Of a stretch of DNA of 64,000 bases, positions 1 to 13,300 are shown piece by piece. The position numbers and the translations under genes are program-made. The stretch is taken from NCBI GenBank assembly GCA_965112735.1, contig OZ218965.1:124001-188000 (forward strand). The letters run 5' to 3'. Within the stretch, counting starts at the first letter, position 1. Every line of letters starts with the position of its first letter. The notes beneath the pieces were generated by a model. The model searched no databases. It worked only from the letters and a program-made list of their open reading frames with translations, and had not been told where the DNA came from. Origin of the DNA: Phaeosaccion multiseriatum. Lineage: Eukaryota; Protista; Ochrophyta, other classes.

Positions 1-3000
1 CGGCTGGAACTTGAACTTGTCCCTTCCGCAACCCCCTCCCCTCCACTGAAGCGCACTCTCCCCGTACGGAGGGAGGGAGAGCCCTGCCCATCCACTGCCA
101 TCCCCCGCCTCCCCCTTGGGGTATGTGACGGTGTCAGGACCGGCAGTGGAGAGAGCATACCGGCGTCGAGCAGCTGCTGCAGCAGGGCCTGTGTATGTGC
201 GTGCGTGTGCGTGTTATCATGCGCGTGGTCCTCTCCTTGACAAATGCCCAACAGCGATCGCCGCCACTCCTCCCAAGACCGAATGCTGCTGCTGCCTCTG
301 CCGCCTCCGGAATCTCCCCCCTGGGGCAGGCCCTCGGGCAGGCTGCCCCCCTGGGACTGGGGCAGGCATATGGGCAGGCTCTTGTAGAGCTGCACCGCCA
401 GGGCACAGAGCTCAGTGCGATTGAGCGGCTCCGCCCCCGCCCCTCGCCCACTCCTGCTTCTTGTGCGCGTGTGCCTTCCTTTCCCGCCGCCGCCATCTGT
501 GAATCGTCTGCCGCTGCCATCTGTGACTCTTCTGCCGCTGCCCGCATGTCTGCTACCCGTATGCCTGCCCGGAGGAGCGTCGTGCGACAGGGTGGGTGTC
601 CTTGGAGCTTTCGGAGACTTGCCTCCCGCTCGAGCGGCACCAGCCGCATCAGTTGGTGATACAGCGGGAGCAGCAGCAGGAGGAGGAGCAGGAGCCGGGG
701 GGGAGCTTGATCCGAACATGAGACTCATTGCTCCGTCCATAAAGCCCGACAAGCCGCCCCCTTCGCCTCCCTCGCCGTCCGCTGCCATCCCCCTCCCCTC
801 GGTGGTGGTAGCCGGGGCTGCTGTCCTGGGATGGCGCTGCCAGACCTTCGCTCCATGAGGTGCACTCCTTATCAAGTGCTGCTTGGAGAGAGAGAGAGAG
901 AGAGAGAGAGAGAACCCAATTGACACTCGTCACAAGAGCAGGAAAAGGGGCTGGCTGTCCAAAGGTCGTGGAGAAGAAGCAGAAGGGACACGCAGCAAAC
1001 AGAGATACAGACCGACGCACGCACCCACCACGCAGGCACGCACGCACCCTCCAATCCCTCCATCCACTGCCATCCCATACCCCATGGCACTCACCGGGAG
1101 CGGCTTGGTGTTGGGCCCCAAGTGGACAACGCCCCTGAGCTCGTGCTGCTTCTCGTCACTAAACAGGTACAGCGCATCCCCCTGCAGCACACAGTAGCGC
1201 CGCTTCCATCCACTGCCATCCCCCCCTCCCCACAGGGAAGTGGAGCTGCCCTTGGTGCCCCATCCCGCGCCCCCCGGGGGCCCTCTACTCTGCCACGGCC
1301 GCTGCAGCAGGAATCCCCTCTTGCTCGCCCCTGTGAGGTCAGGGAGGCGACGTGTCAGCTCCAAGCGGCGGTGGCGGGTGAGCACATCGAGGGGGTAATC
1401 CCGCCCCGTCCAGATGGCAGCAGATGCCTCCCCTCCCTGTTGGAAGTCCACCCTCACAGCCCTCGACGCCGCCACCGGCTCGTCCCACGTGTACGCCGCA
1501 GAGGCGTAGGGCTCCAGATGGTCCCAGACGGCTCCGTCTGAAGAGCCCGAGCCACCTGAGGATGAAGCTGATGCGCCACCCACCCCCACCCCAACCTGCC
1601 GGTAGCGGATCCGATGGCTGGTGAGGTTGTCCACTCGATAGGGCGGCCAGCGGGGAGAGGGGGCGCTCAGCACGACGGTTACACTGCCTCCTACCACCTC
1701 CACCTTGGCTGTGATGATCACCACCTCCGGGGAGGAGGGAGCCTCAGAGGAGGGGGATGGCAGTGGATGGTGTGCTGCCTTCTTGCGCCTGAGCTTCAGG
1801 GGCACCTCCCCGAGATTGTCGGGCTTGAAGGAGCCCGACCACTCCCATCCACTGCCATCCCTCTCCCCTCCATTGCCATCCCTCTCCCCTCCATTGCCAT
1901 CCTCTCCCACTGACGGAGGAGTCGAGCCTGCGAAGCGCACCTTCAGCAGCTTCTTACGATCTGGGGATGGCAGGGGTTGGCAGGGGATGGCAGTGGAGGG
2001 AGGGGATGGCAGTGGATGGGAGAGGGACGGTAGGGGAGGGCGGAGGAGCGCAGTGGCGTAAGGACGAGGCAAGAAAGACTTAGAGGATGAGAAGAAAGCA
2101 ACCACGACGGACCGTCCCTCTTCCATCCACTGCCATCCCCTCCCTCCTCCATCCACTGCCATCCCCTCTGCTGCACATCCATTGCCCTCTCCTCTCCCCT
2201 CCCACCTGCGAAGGGCCAATGGAAGGCCTTGCTCGCCCCCGCCTTTAGCAGCACGCTCCACTCCTCCTCCCCCCCACCGCCCCCGCCGCCGCCCCCCCCC
2301 GCCTGCGTCACCTCAACATCGCGTCCTGACACCAGGCCATTCACCAGCACGTAGCGAGGCACGAAGGTCAGGACTGTACTGCGTGAGAAAGCGCCCTTGC
2401 CCCTCTCCACATGCAGACCCAAGTCGTACTGAGTCCTCATGCCAGTCCTCATGCCAGGGGTGGGGGTCGTTGGGCTGTTTGGGCTGCTGATGCCCAACTT
2501 GCTCCGGCTGTTGCTGCTTATGCTACTGCTGATGCTGCTGCTCAGGCTGGAGCCTTTGAAGGCGTCCAGTACAGAGGAGGAGGAGGAGGAGGAGGAGGAG
2601 GTATTGGCATTGGAGGAGGAGGGTAAGCTTGCCTTCTTGGACTGCTTGAGAGACATGCACGTCACCAAGCCGCCCGCCGCTGACACCTTTTGACTGCGCA
2701 CGTCGAAAGGCTCGCTCCACACGCTGAGAGAGGATGGCAGGGAATGGCAGGGAATGGCAGGGGCGTGAGTCAAGTGCAGTCCAGTGCAGTCGAGTGCAGT
2801 CGAGTCAAGCCACAAGCGACGCATCAGTCACTTGACTCTGCTTGGCAGGGGGGTGCGCCACAGCACCATCTCCCCCCCGTCCATCCGCTGCCATCCCCTC
2901 CTGCCCAGCCACAGCCACAGCCACGCCACAGCCACAGCCCCCCTGTCCATCCACTGCCATCCCCTCCTGCCCATCCACTGCCATCCCCTCCTGCCCAGCC

Positions 3001-6000
3001 ACAGCCACAGCCACAGCCACAGCCCCCCTGTCCATTCGCTGCCATCCCCCACTCACCTGTCCAGCGCCTTGCAGCAGAGCGGCGCATAGTCACCGATGGC
3101 AGAGGGCGGTGCGAATATCACCACCTTGCCCCACTCACGCGCCCACACGCCCCCCTGGGGAGACTCCAACACGCGCAGCCCCTTGCCCTTGGCCCCCCGG
3201 GGTATGGACTGCACGCGCCCACGCCCCTCCGCCTCCTGCCCCGGGGGGACATGACTGCTGCTACTACTACTACTACTACTGCTGCTACTGCCACTGTCCG
3301 CCACTCCCGCCCGGACAGACTCACTTTGGGCTCTCTGCTGCTGTATCACCAACTGCTGTGCCTGCTTGGCGCTGTCTCTGTCTGTGTATAGCGTCGCACT
3401 CTGCGCGGCCACCTCGAGCTCCGCCCTGTGCACCACACGCACCACAAGCCCCCCGGGGGATGAGCCCTTCTCCCCCGGGGACAGCGCGCTGAGTGGCGTG
3501 TGGTTGGGAATGACCTCATACCTGAGTTAGACACAAACATAGAGACAAAGGCAGAGACAGAGTCAGACACAGAGATAGAGACAGAGACAGTGACAGAGAC
3601 AGAGACAGAGAGAGAGACATACACAGAGTCAGACACACAGACAGAGACAAAGTCAGACACAGAGACAGAAATAGAGACAAAGGCAGAGACAGTGACAGAG
3701 GCAGAGACAGAGACAGAGAGAGAGACAGAGAGAGAGACAGAGACAGAGAGAGAGACATACACAGAGTCAGACACAGAGATAGAGACAGAGACAGTGACAG
3801 AGACAGAGACAGAGAGAGAGACATACACAGAGTCAGACACACAGACAGAGACAGAGACAGTGACAGAGACAGAGACAGAGAGAGAGACATACACAGAGTC
3901 AGACACACAGACAGAGACAGAGACAGTGACAGAGACAGAGACAGAGAGAGAGACATACACAGAGTCAGACACACAGACAGAGACAAAGTCAGACACAGAG
4001 ACAGAAATAGAGACAAAGGCAGAGACAGTGACAGAGGCAGAGACAGAGACAGAGAGAGAGACAGAGAGAGAGACAGAGACAGAGAGAGAGACATACACAG
4101 AGTCAGACACAGAGATAGAGACAGAGACAGTGACAGAGACAGAGACAGAGAGAGAGACATACATAGAGTCAGACACACAGACAGAGACAAAGTCAGACAC
4201 AGAGACAGAAATAGAGACAAAGGCAGAGACAGTGACAGAGGCAGAGACAGAGACAGAGAGAGAGACAGAGAGAGAGACAGAGACAGAGAGAGAGACATAC
4301 ACAGAGTCAGACACACAGACAGAGACAAAGTCAGACACAGAGACAGAGAGAGAGACATACACAGAGTCAGACACACAGACAGAGACAAAGTCAGACACAG
4401 AGACAGAAATAGAGACAAAGGCAGAGACAGAGTCAGACACAGAGATAGAGACAGAGACAGTGACAGAGACAGAGACAGAGAGAGAGACATACACAGAGTC
4501 AGACACACAGACAGAGACAAAGTCAGACACAGAGACAGAAATAGAGACAAAGGCAGAGACAGTGACAGAGGCAGAGACAGAGACAGAGAGAGAGACATAC
4601 ACAGAGTCAGACACACAGACAGAGACAAAGTCAGACACAGAGACAGAAATAGAGACAAAGGCAGAGACAGTGACAGAGGCAGAGACAGAGACAGAGAGAG
4701 AGACAGAGAGAGAGACAGAGACAGAGAGAGAGACATACACAGAGTCAGACACAGAGATAGAGACAGAGACAGTGACAGAGACAGAGACAGAGAGAGAGAC
4801 ATACACAGAGTCAGACACACAGACAGAGACAAAGTCAGACACAGAGACAGAAATAGAGACAAAGGCAGAGACAGTGACAGAGGCAGAGACAGAGACAGAG
4901 AGAGAGACAGAGAGAGAGACAGAGACAGAGAGAGAGACATACACAGAGTCAGACACACAGACAGAGACAAAGTCAGACACAGAGACAGAGAGAGAGACAT
5001 ACACAGAGTCAGACACACAGACAGAGACAAAGTCAGACACAGAGACAGAGAGAGAGACATACACAGAGTCAGACACACAGACAGAGACAGTGACAGAGAC
5101 AGAGACAGAGAGAGAGACATACACAGAGTCAGACACAGAGATAGAGACAGAGACAGTGACAGAGACAGAGACAGAGAGAGAGACATACACAGAGTCAGAC
5201 ACACAGACAGAGACAAAGTCAGACACAGAGACAGAAATAGAGACAAAGGCAGAGACAGTGACAGAGGCAGAGACAGAGACAGAGAGAGAGACAGAGAGAG
5301 AGACAGAGACAGAGAGAGAGACATACACAGAGTCAGACACAGAGACAGAGACAGAGACAGTGACAGAGACAGAGACAGAGAGAGAGACATACACAGAGTC
5401 AGACACACAGACAGAGACAAAGTCAGACACAGAGACAGAAATAGAGACAAAGGCAGAGACAGAGTCAGACACAGAGATAGAGACAGAGACAGAGAGAGAG
5501 ACAGAGACAAAGGCAGAGACAGAGAGAGAGATATACACAGAGTCAGACACACAGACAGAGACAAAGTCAGACACAGAGACAGAAATAGAGAGACATACAC
5601 AGAGTCAGACACACAGACAGAGACAAAGTCAGACACAGAGACAGAAATAGAGACAAAGGCAGAGACAGTGACAGAGGCAGAGACAGAGACAGAGAGAGAG
5701 ACAGAGAGAGAGACAGAGACAGAGAGAGAGACATACACAGAGTCAGACACAGAGATAGAGACAAAGACAGTGACAGAGACAGAGACAGAGAGAGAGACAT
5801 ACACAGAGTCAGACACACAGACAGAGACAAAGTCAGACACAGAGACAGAAATAGAGACAAAGGCAGAGACAGAGTCAGACACAGAGATAGAGACAGAGAC
5901 AGAGAGAGAGACAGAGACAAAGGCAGAGACAGAGAGAGAGACATACACAGAGTCAGACACACAGACAGAGACAAAGTCAGACACAGAGACAGAAATAGAG

Positions 6001-6290
6001 ACAAAGGCAGAGACAGAGTCAGACACAGAGATAGAGACAGAGACAGAGAGAGAGACAGAGACAAAGGCAGAGACAGAGAGAGAGACATACACAGAGTCAG
6101 ACACACAGACAGAGACAAAGTCAGACACAGAGACAGAAATAGAGACAAAGGCAGAGACAGAGTCAGACACAGAGATAGAGACAGAGACAGTGACAGAGAC
6201 AGAGACAAAGGCAGAGACAGAAATAGAGACAGAGACAGAAATAGAGACAAAGGCAGAGACAGTGACAGAGGCAGAGACAGAGACAGAGAC

Positions 6291-6321
<31 letters not shown>

Positions 6322-7304
6322 CAGAGACAGAGAGAGAGACAGAGACAGAGACAGAGACAGAGACAGAGAGAGAGACAGACACAGAGAGAGAGACAGAGAG
6401 AGACAGAAATAGAGACAATGGAGATGGGGTTGGGGGGGGGTCCACACAAGTCAGATCATGCCACAGCGCGCACACACACACACGCATACACACACGCACG
6501 CACACGCACACACACACACACCTGTCGAAGACGAAGCCGACTCTGTCCCACCGGGGGTACCCCTCCTCCTCCCCCCCCCCTATCGAGAAGAGCGCCCCTG
6601 CCTTGCCCTTGGCGAGCATCGCATTGAAGGACCTTAGACTGCCATCCACCAGCGACAGCCTGTCCAGCTCAGCTGTGAGCAGCTCTCTGAGGGCGATGCT
6701 GTCGTCGGGCCCGGGGGGGAGGTGTCTACACAGCACAAAGTCGTCTGCTACACAGCCCGAACCGCCTTGGGGGGAGGGGATGGCAGTGGATGGGGGGAGG
6801 GGGGGGAGAACTTCGTTAAGCAAGTGCCTGGGCTTGGGAGGTGCGCGCTCTCTCTCCCCCCCAACCGTGAGAAGCAGTATATGGCAGTGGATGGCAGTGG
6901 ATGGCAGTGGATGGCAGCGAGAGTGGTGGATGGTCCTCTGACTTACTGACTTACTGCACTCACCCATGCTTGCCTCCGCCTCCCCCGCTACTTTGGTGAG
7001 CACTTGTCCCGCCGTGGCAGTGTGGGGCAGAGAGAGACGCCGCTCCTGAAAGTGGTCACAGCCGAGCAACACCGTCACACGCGTCTTGTCCGTCGGATCC
7101 GTTCCATCCACCAAAGAGAGGGAGGAGGAGGAGGAGGAGGAGGAGGAGGAGGGAGGGGGCACAGAGGAGGAGGGCTCCGAGGTTGGCAGCTTCTTCCGCC
7201 CGATGGCAGTGGATGGGACAGGGCTGCCCAAGGAGGGCGACAGAGGAAGCGCACTGCCCAAGGAGGCGGAGGAGCCGCTGTGCACCATTTGCGGCTGTTG
7301 CTGC

Positions 7305-7342
<38 letters not shown>

Positions 7343-10300
7343 TATCACCAACTGCTGTGCTTCGTACTCGGGCGTTCCTCTATGCACAAGGTGGGCCATG
7401 CGACTCGCCATGAAAGAGGCGTCCATCCCCATGGCCAGCGACGCGTCCTGCAGCAGTTGGTGATACAGCAGTTGGGTGATGCAGCAGCTAATTTCAGCAC
7501 TCATTCACTTACTCACTCACTCGAAGGTCAGTAGCAAAGCATCTGAAGGACACCAAAGCCCACTTAATCAACCACCCACCCACCCACCCACCCACCAACC
7601 AACCAACCCCCTCCCTCCCCTCCCTCCCCTCCCACTCACTCACTCACTCACCCGATAGTGGAGGGTCATCTCCGTCCTGTTGACCACCCACAGCTTGCAA
7701 TACACACTGACGCTCCTTCCCACAAGGCCCACGTGCAGGAGCAGCGTCGGCAGCACCCGCAGCTCACCCTTACTCTTCCCCACACCTATACCACTGTCAG
7801 GGGCAGCCCCATCCCCACCCCCCGGGGTAGCCGCACCCCCCGGGGTAGCCGTACCCCCCGGGGCAGCTGCGGCCCCCACCTCGCCAAGGATCTTGAGTCC
7901 CTTGAGCTCGAGGGTGACGTCCTTCCCCGGGGGGCTGGGGTGGGCACCCGCGGGAGAGTGCACGCGCACAAAGGGAGACCAAGGGTAGTTGACCACACGC
8001 ACACTGAGATAGTGCTTCTCGCGGAGGTCCAATCGAGGGAGAGGCAGAGCGGATCCGACGGTTAAGACGCCCTCCGAGGAGAGCCGGCCTTCTCGGTTGG
8101 TGAGGCGGTAGAGAAGGGGGAGGGGGAGCAGGTTGTGGAGGAGGAGGGGGGGGTGCAGGCCGAGGTTGATGGCAGGGGGTAGGCCTGTGTTGTGGGTCCA
8201 GGAGCCTCCCCTGCCGAACAAGTCCTTGAGATCCTTCAGAACGTCGAGCTCCTCGATCACCTAGAGGGTCACAAGGGGGTGGGATGGCAGTGGACAGGCA
8301 ATGGGCAGGGTAAAGAGGATGGCAGTGGACAGTGGACAGGGTAAGGGGATGGCAGTGGACAGGCCATGGACAGGGCAGGGGATGGTAGTGGACAGGCAAT
8401 GGACAGGGCAAAGGGGATGGCAGTGGACAGGCAATGGACAGGGCAAAGGGGATGGCAGTGGACAGGCAATGGACAGGGTAAAGGGGATGGCAATGGACAG
8501 GCAATGGACAGAGCAAAGGGGATGGCAGTGGACAGGCAATGGACAGAGCAAAGGGGATGGCAGTGGACAGGCAATGGACAGGGCCAAGGGGATGGCAGTG
8601 GACAGGCAATGGACAGGGTAAAGGGGATGGCAGTGGACAGGCAATGGGCAGGGCCAAGGGGATGGCAGTGGACAGGCAATGGACAGCAACGGACAGACGG
8701 CAGTGAGGGGAAGAGGAGCGGTAGGCAGGAAGGAGGAGTGTGGGAACAGCAGATACACTGATGCCCTTTCCCCACAGACAAGCGCAGGAGTTGGTGATAC
8801 AGCAGCACACTCCCCTCCGCCACTGCCATCCCACCTTGATGCCGCCGCTGGAACGCTTGAGCTTGAAGCATTCCGACGTTATCGCCCGAGTCTTCCCATC
8901 CACTGCCATCCCCCGAGCCCTCCCATCCACTGCCATCCCCTCCCTGGCCCGGCCCGCCTCCGCCTCGGCCGCCTCTGCTGCCACATCACCTTCACTCCCA
9001 TCGTCAAAGCGCACGCCCCCCCCGGGTCCCGACACCCCATCCCCGTCCACTGCCATCCCCCTGACCCCATGTCCGGTGGCGGCTACAGACAGCTCCGTCT
9101 GCAAGCACCAGCGCAGGTCTGTGAGGTTATGAGGAGCAGCATCGCCTCGGCTGTCCTTAGTGTTCGCCTTGGCTTTGGCTTTGGCCATGTCGCTTAGAGT
9201 GCCATCGGTCTGGTGCGGAAACCTCCTCGGAGACGTACCCTGATGCCTCCACGCCACGTTGGTTAGGGCGCTGCTCCATCCACTGCCATCTCCCTCCTCA
9301 TCCTCCTTGGGGTAGCAGACTGTGAAGATCTTCTCCCTGTCTCTCGTGGCCCCTCCCCCTTCCGCTGCCTCTGCCGCACGAAGCTCGAGCTCCGCCAGGC
9401 CAGTCACCAGCTGCCCCCACGCCATCCCTCCACCCCGGGGGTCCTTGTTGCTCCTCGTGGGGTTGTGATCGGTCTCCTCGTCGCCCCCCCGGGCCAGCAC
9501 ACACAGCCCCCCCCGGAGCATGTCCAACGGCACGGGTAGAGATTCCTCCGGCTCCAGCCACACCGTCAGCCTGCGTCCTGACACCCCTGACAGCCCCCCC
9601 TCGGGCTCTCCACCCTCGGGTGCTCCCCCCCTGGGTGCTGCTGCTTGGGGCCGACAGAAGAGACTGAGGCTTACGGGCAGACCACTGAAGTTGGTGATGG
9701 ATAATCGGCTGCTAAAAGTCACCTCTCGCAGCTCGGACACCCCCTCCCCCTCCCCCGCCGACACGTGTGCCACAAGCACCAGCCACTTGGCGCCAACCGC
9801 TGTAGCACCAATCGCTTTAGCACCAACCGCTGCACCAGCCGCATCTTCGTCGTCGCCAACCCTCCCCTCCCTCCGCATGCGAATGTAGTGTGTGCCCACC
9901 TGATTAGCATGCACGGGCCCGACCGACGCGTACCTCCATCCGCCCTGCTGCAGCCGTGCCGAGAGCCTGTGCTCGTCCTGGTGCTCGCCCACCCGGGAGG
10001 AGAAACCCAAACCTCGCTCCTCCAATGGACCCCGTCCACTGCCATCCCCAACCCCCGAGCGGCGCTGCTGCTGCCTCTGCATGTCCACTCGGAGCTCCTC
10101 TTCTCCCGGGGGGCCCAGCTCCACCTCGAGAGGGTCCCCTCCCCCCCGGGACGAGGAGGAGCGGAACGTCAGCTTGAGCGTGAGACCGCATCTGTTCCTG
10201 AGGAGGTAGGGCTGTGTGTGCGTGCGTGAGCGGCCGTCGCCAATGGTGAGCTGCCTTCTCGAGTCCGACAGGCTCTTGGAGCGGAGCACGCTCAAGAGGG

Positions 10301-13300
10301 CGAAGGTCACGTTCACGTTGGCCGTATCGGGCACCTGTCACGAAACGTAGCGAAATGTAACGAAATGTAACGCATCAGTTGGTGAGGGGGACGGAAGGCG
10401 AGGTTGAGTTTGAGCTGGAGCAAAAGGGCTTGAGTTTGAGTTAAGATGGAGTACAAAAGGGACCAAGAGCTTGAGCTTGAGCCTCGTCGCCCACGCACAC
10501 CAAGAGGTGGAAGCAAACAGGCAAGCATGCAAGCAAGCCAGCAAGCAAGCAAGCAAGCAAGCACGCACACAAGCAAGCAACAAGTACACAAGCAAGCAAG
10601 CAAGCACGTACGTACCGATAAGACCATGTCTTTCCCTCCCCCGGGCCGCGCCTGAAGGGTCCCCTTGGCCCACACGTCTTCAAGCAGCGGCTCCCAGCGT
10701 CCCCCCCCCCGCAGCAAGGAGTTCAAGTAGCCCAGGGATAGCACCCCCTGGAGGGAGGCCCACAGCCCAGGGGAGGCATCCCCATCCTGCCCCCCGGGGG
10801 TCCCCCCAGGGTTCCCCCCGGGGGTCCGACCCTCGCCCCCTCCCTCAGGCTCCGGGGCGGCAGTCCTCCTTACGATGGATGCCCCTCCTCGCTTGAGCTC
10901 GGCGTACAAAAGCGGCGCAACCCCGACGCCATGCGAGTTGCTCACCAGGGCCACGCGGAGGTCCGCCAGCCGCACCACAGCCTCCAGCAGCGTATCACCA
11001 ACTGCTTGCTGCGGTTGAATCACCAACGGCTCCATCTGTGAGTGCGATACCCAGAGCTGCTCCACTCGGCGGAGCTCTTGTCTCGCCTTGGCAAGGCGTC
11101 TCCGCTGCTCAGTCAGTACCGTATCTGTATCATCAAGTGCCGTATCACCAACTGCCGCATCATCAGTCGCTGCCCTCGGCCTCCTCATCCCCTTTGCTCC
11201 CCTCGTCCCGCTCGCCGCTCCCCACCGTCTTTTGAAGGCTCCCAGCGTGTGCGCGAGCACCTCCGCATCCGCCATCGTCACCTGCGCCTCGAGCTTGCCC
11301 AAGGGGTTCAGCCCGGCAGCAGCAGCAGCAGCAGCAGCAGTTGGTGATACGGCAGGGGCGGCATCTAAACCTTGTGGCGTGACGTGCATCCTCCCCGGGG
11401 TCAGCTCCGCCACCCTCAAGTCAACTCGGCGAGACCTGTCAGGGGTGTCAGCGGCGATCATCATCATCAATGTCCACAAGGTCCACACATAATGATACGT
11501 AAGGGTCTACAGAAATGGCTAAGGGTTAGTGTTAGTGCGTTGTGTGTGTGTGTGTATGGTATCCAGTTCCATTCACTTCCATCCACCTCCATCCACTGCC
11601 GTCCAATGCCATCCACTGCCATTGACAGAAGCTTGTGTTTCCGCTCACCGATTGGGGGCCATGTGTGCCGCAATGGCCGTGTGGAGAGTGAGATCCGCCC
11701 GGAGGGGCACGAGAAGGCTACCATCTCCTGCCATCCCCTGACCATCCGCTGCCATCCCCTGACCATCCGCTGCCATCCCCTGCCCATCCACTGCCATAAA
11801 GCTGGCGTGGTGCAGGCTCAGTCCCAGGTGCAGTTTCACATCTCCGGGGCCCCTCTCTCCGACGGCGGTGAGGCCCCTCCACTGATGCAGGTATGACACG
11901 TCGAGCTTGAGAACCAGGCACACGCCGTCGCCAGCTGTAAAGAGGGGGCGAGAAGATGACAGTGGATGGAGTACCAGGTGTCAGGCAACAGGTTGGGTGT
12001 ACCATCCTCCTTCCAAGCTGCTCTTTCGTCTCCTCCTCCTCCTCCTTTCTCTACCCCCTCTAACCGAAATCACACACACACGCACGCACACACGCACGTA
12101 CACACGCACGTACACACGCACGTACACACGCACGTACACACGCACGCACACACCCACGCACACACCCACGCACCTATCGTGCCCCCCTCTCCCTGCGGCC
12201 CCCCTGCGCCTCTCAGACAGAGACGGCTCCCCATCACTGTCACCTGCAGGGGGGGGGCGAAGAGATGGCAGTGGATGGCGGCAGTGGATGAAGGGGGGGG
12301 GGGGGGAAGAGGCCGCGGGTGAATGGAGAGGCAGCGCGAGAGGGGCCAAGGGATGGCAGTGGAAGGAGCCAGCCCCCCTGGAGGATACACACACACATAC
12401 ACATGCTAACACGCACGCACACATCCACCCACCCACCCACCCGCCCACGCACGCACACACCCACGCACGCACGCACACACCCACGCACGCACACACGCAC
12501 ACACCCACGCCCCCTCACCTCGACATCTCTGTAGACCGGCCTGTGCCCCTTCCACTTGTCCGGCCAGGTGCCCTCGAGGCAATGACGGAGCGGTGCGAGC
12601 GGTCTGGTGAAGAAGGTGGTGATACGCCTTATCTTGTCAGCCGCACCTCCCACCACAGAGTCCCGTACAAGCACGGAGCATCGGCGGTAGGGGCGGGGCT
12701 CAGAGGAAGGAGGGAGGCTCTCCTGCCCTCTGGGGGGCTGTGAGTGAGGCGGTGAGGGAGGGAGATTCTGCTGTGTGTACCACACCTGGGGCTGATAGCC
12801 CACGCGCGGGTCCTGACACCGCCCTCCTCCCAGGCCGAAGCCGAAGCCAGAGGAGGAGGAGGAGGAGGAGGAGGAGGAGGAGGAGGAGGAGGGGGAGGAG
12901 GAGGAGGAGGATGAGCTGCGTTGCCCGTCTTGTTGCTGCTGCTGTTGTTGTTGTTGTTCTTGCTGTTGTTGTTGTTGCCCCTGGAGCCCTGGAGGGGCGC
13001 TGGGTCCCGAAGCCGTTCCTCCTCCCAGGGGGGCGAGGAGGAGCGTTCTCCTCTTGCTGCTCATGTACTCACGGGCCCGGGCCTCGCGCTCGTGGTCCCA
13101 TTCGTCCTCTCCTTCGCCTTGGTGCACGCCTTGCTCCTCATCTGACTCTATCTCATTCATGGTGAAGCTGACAAGCAGCAGAGGCGTATGGGCAAGAAGT
13201 GCGGGTATATGGCCACAAGGTAAAGCACGGTAGAAGGTAGAAGCATATGGGAAAGCACCACACCACCACAGCCAAGCATAACGCAACCAGACACAGTACC

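Noticed and set aside
3346-6627. Very long ORFs (716, 742, 977 aa; ETETE / SVSLS / LSLSL)
   Set aside because: They are translations of the hexamer satellite inside a VPS13 intron whose flanking exons (6522 and 3488) join in frame.
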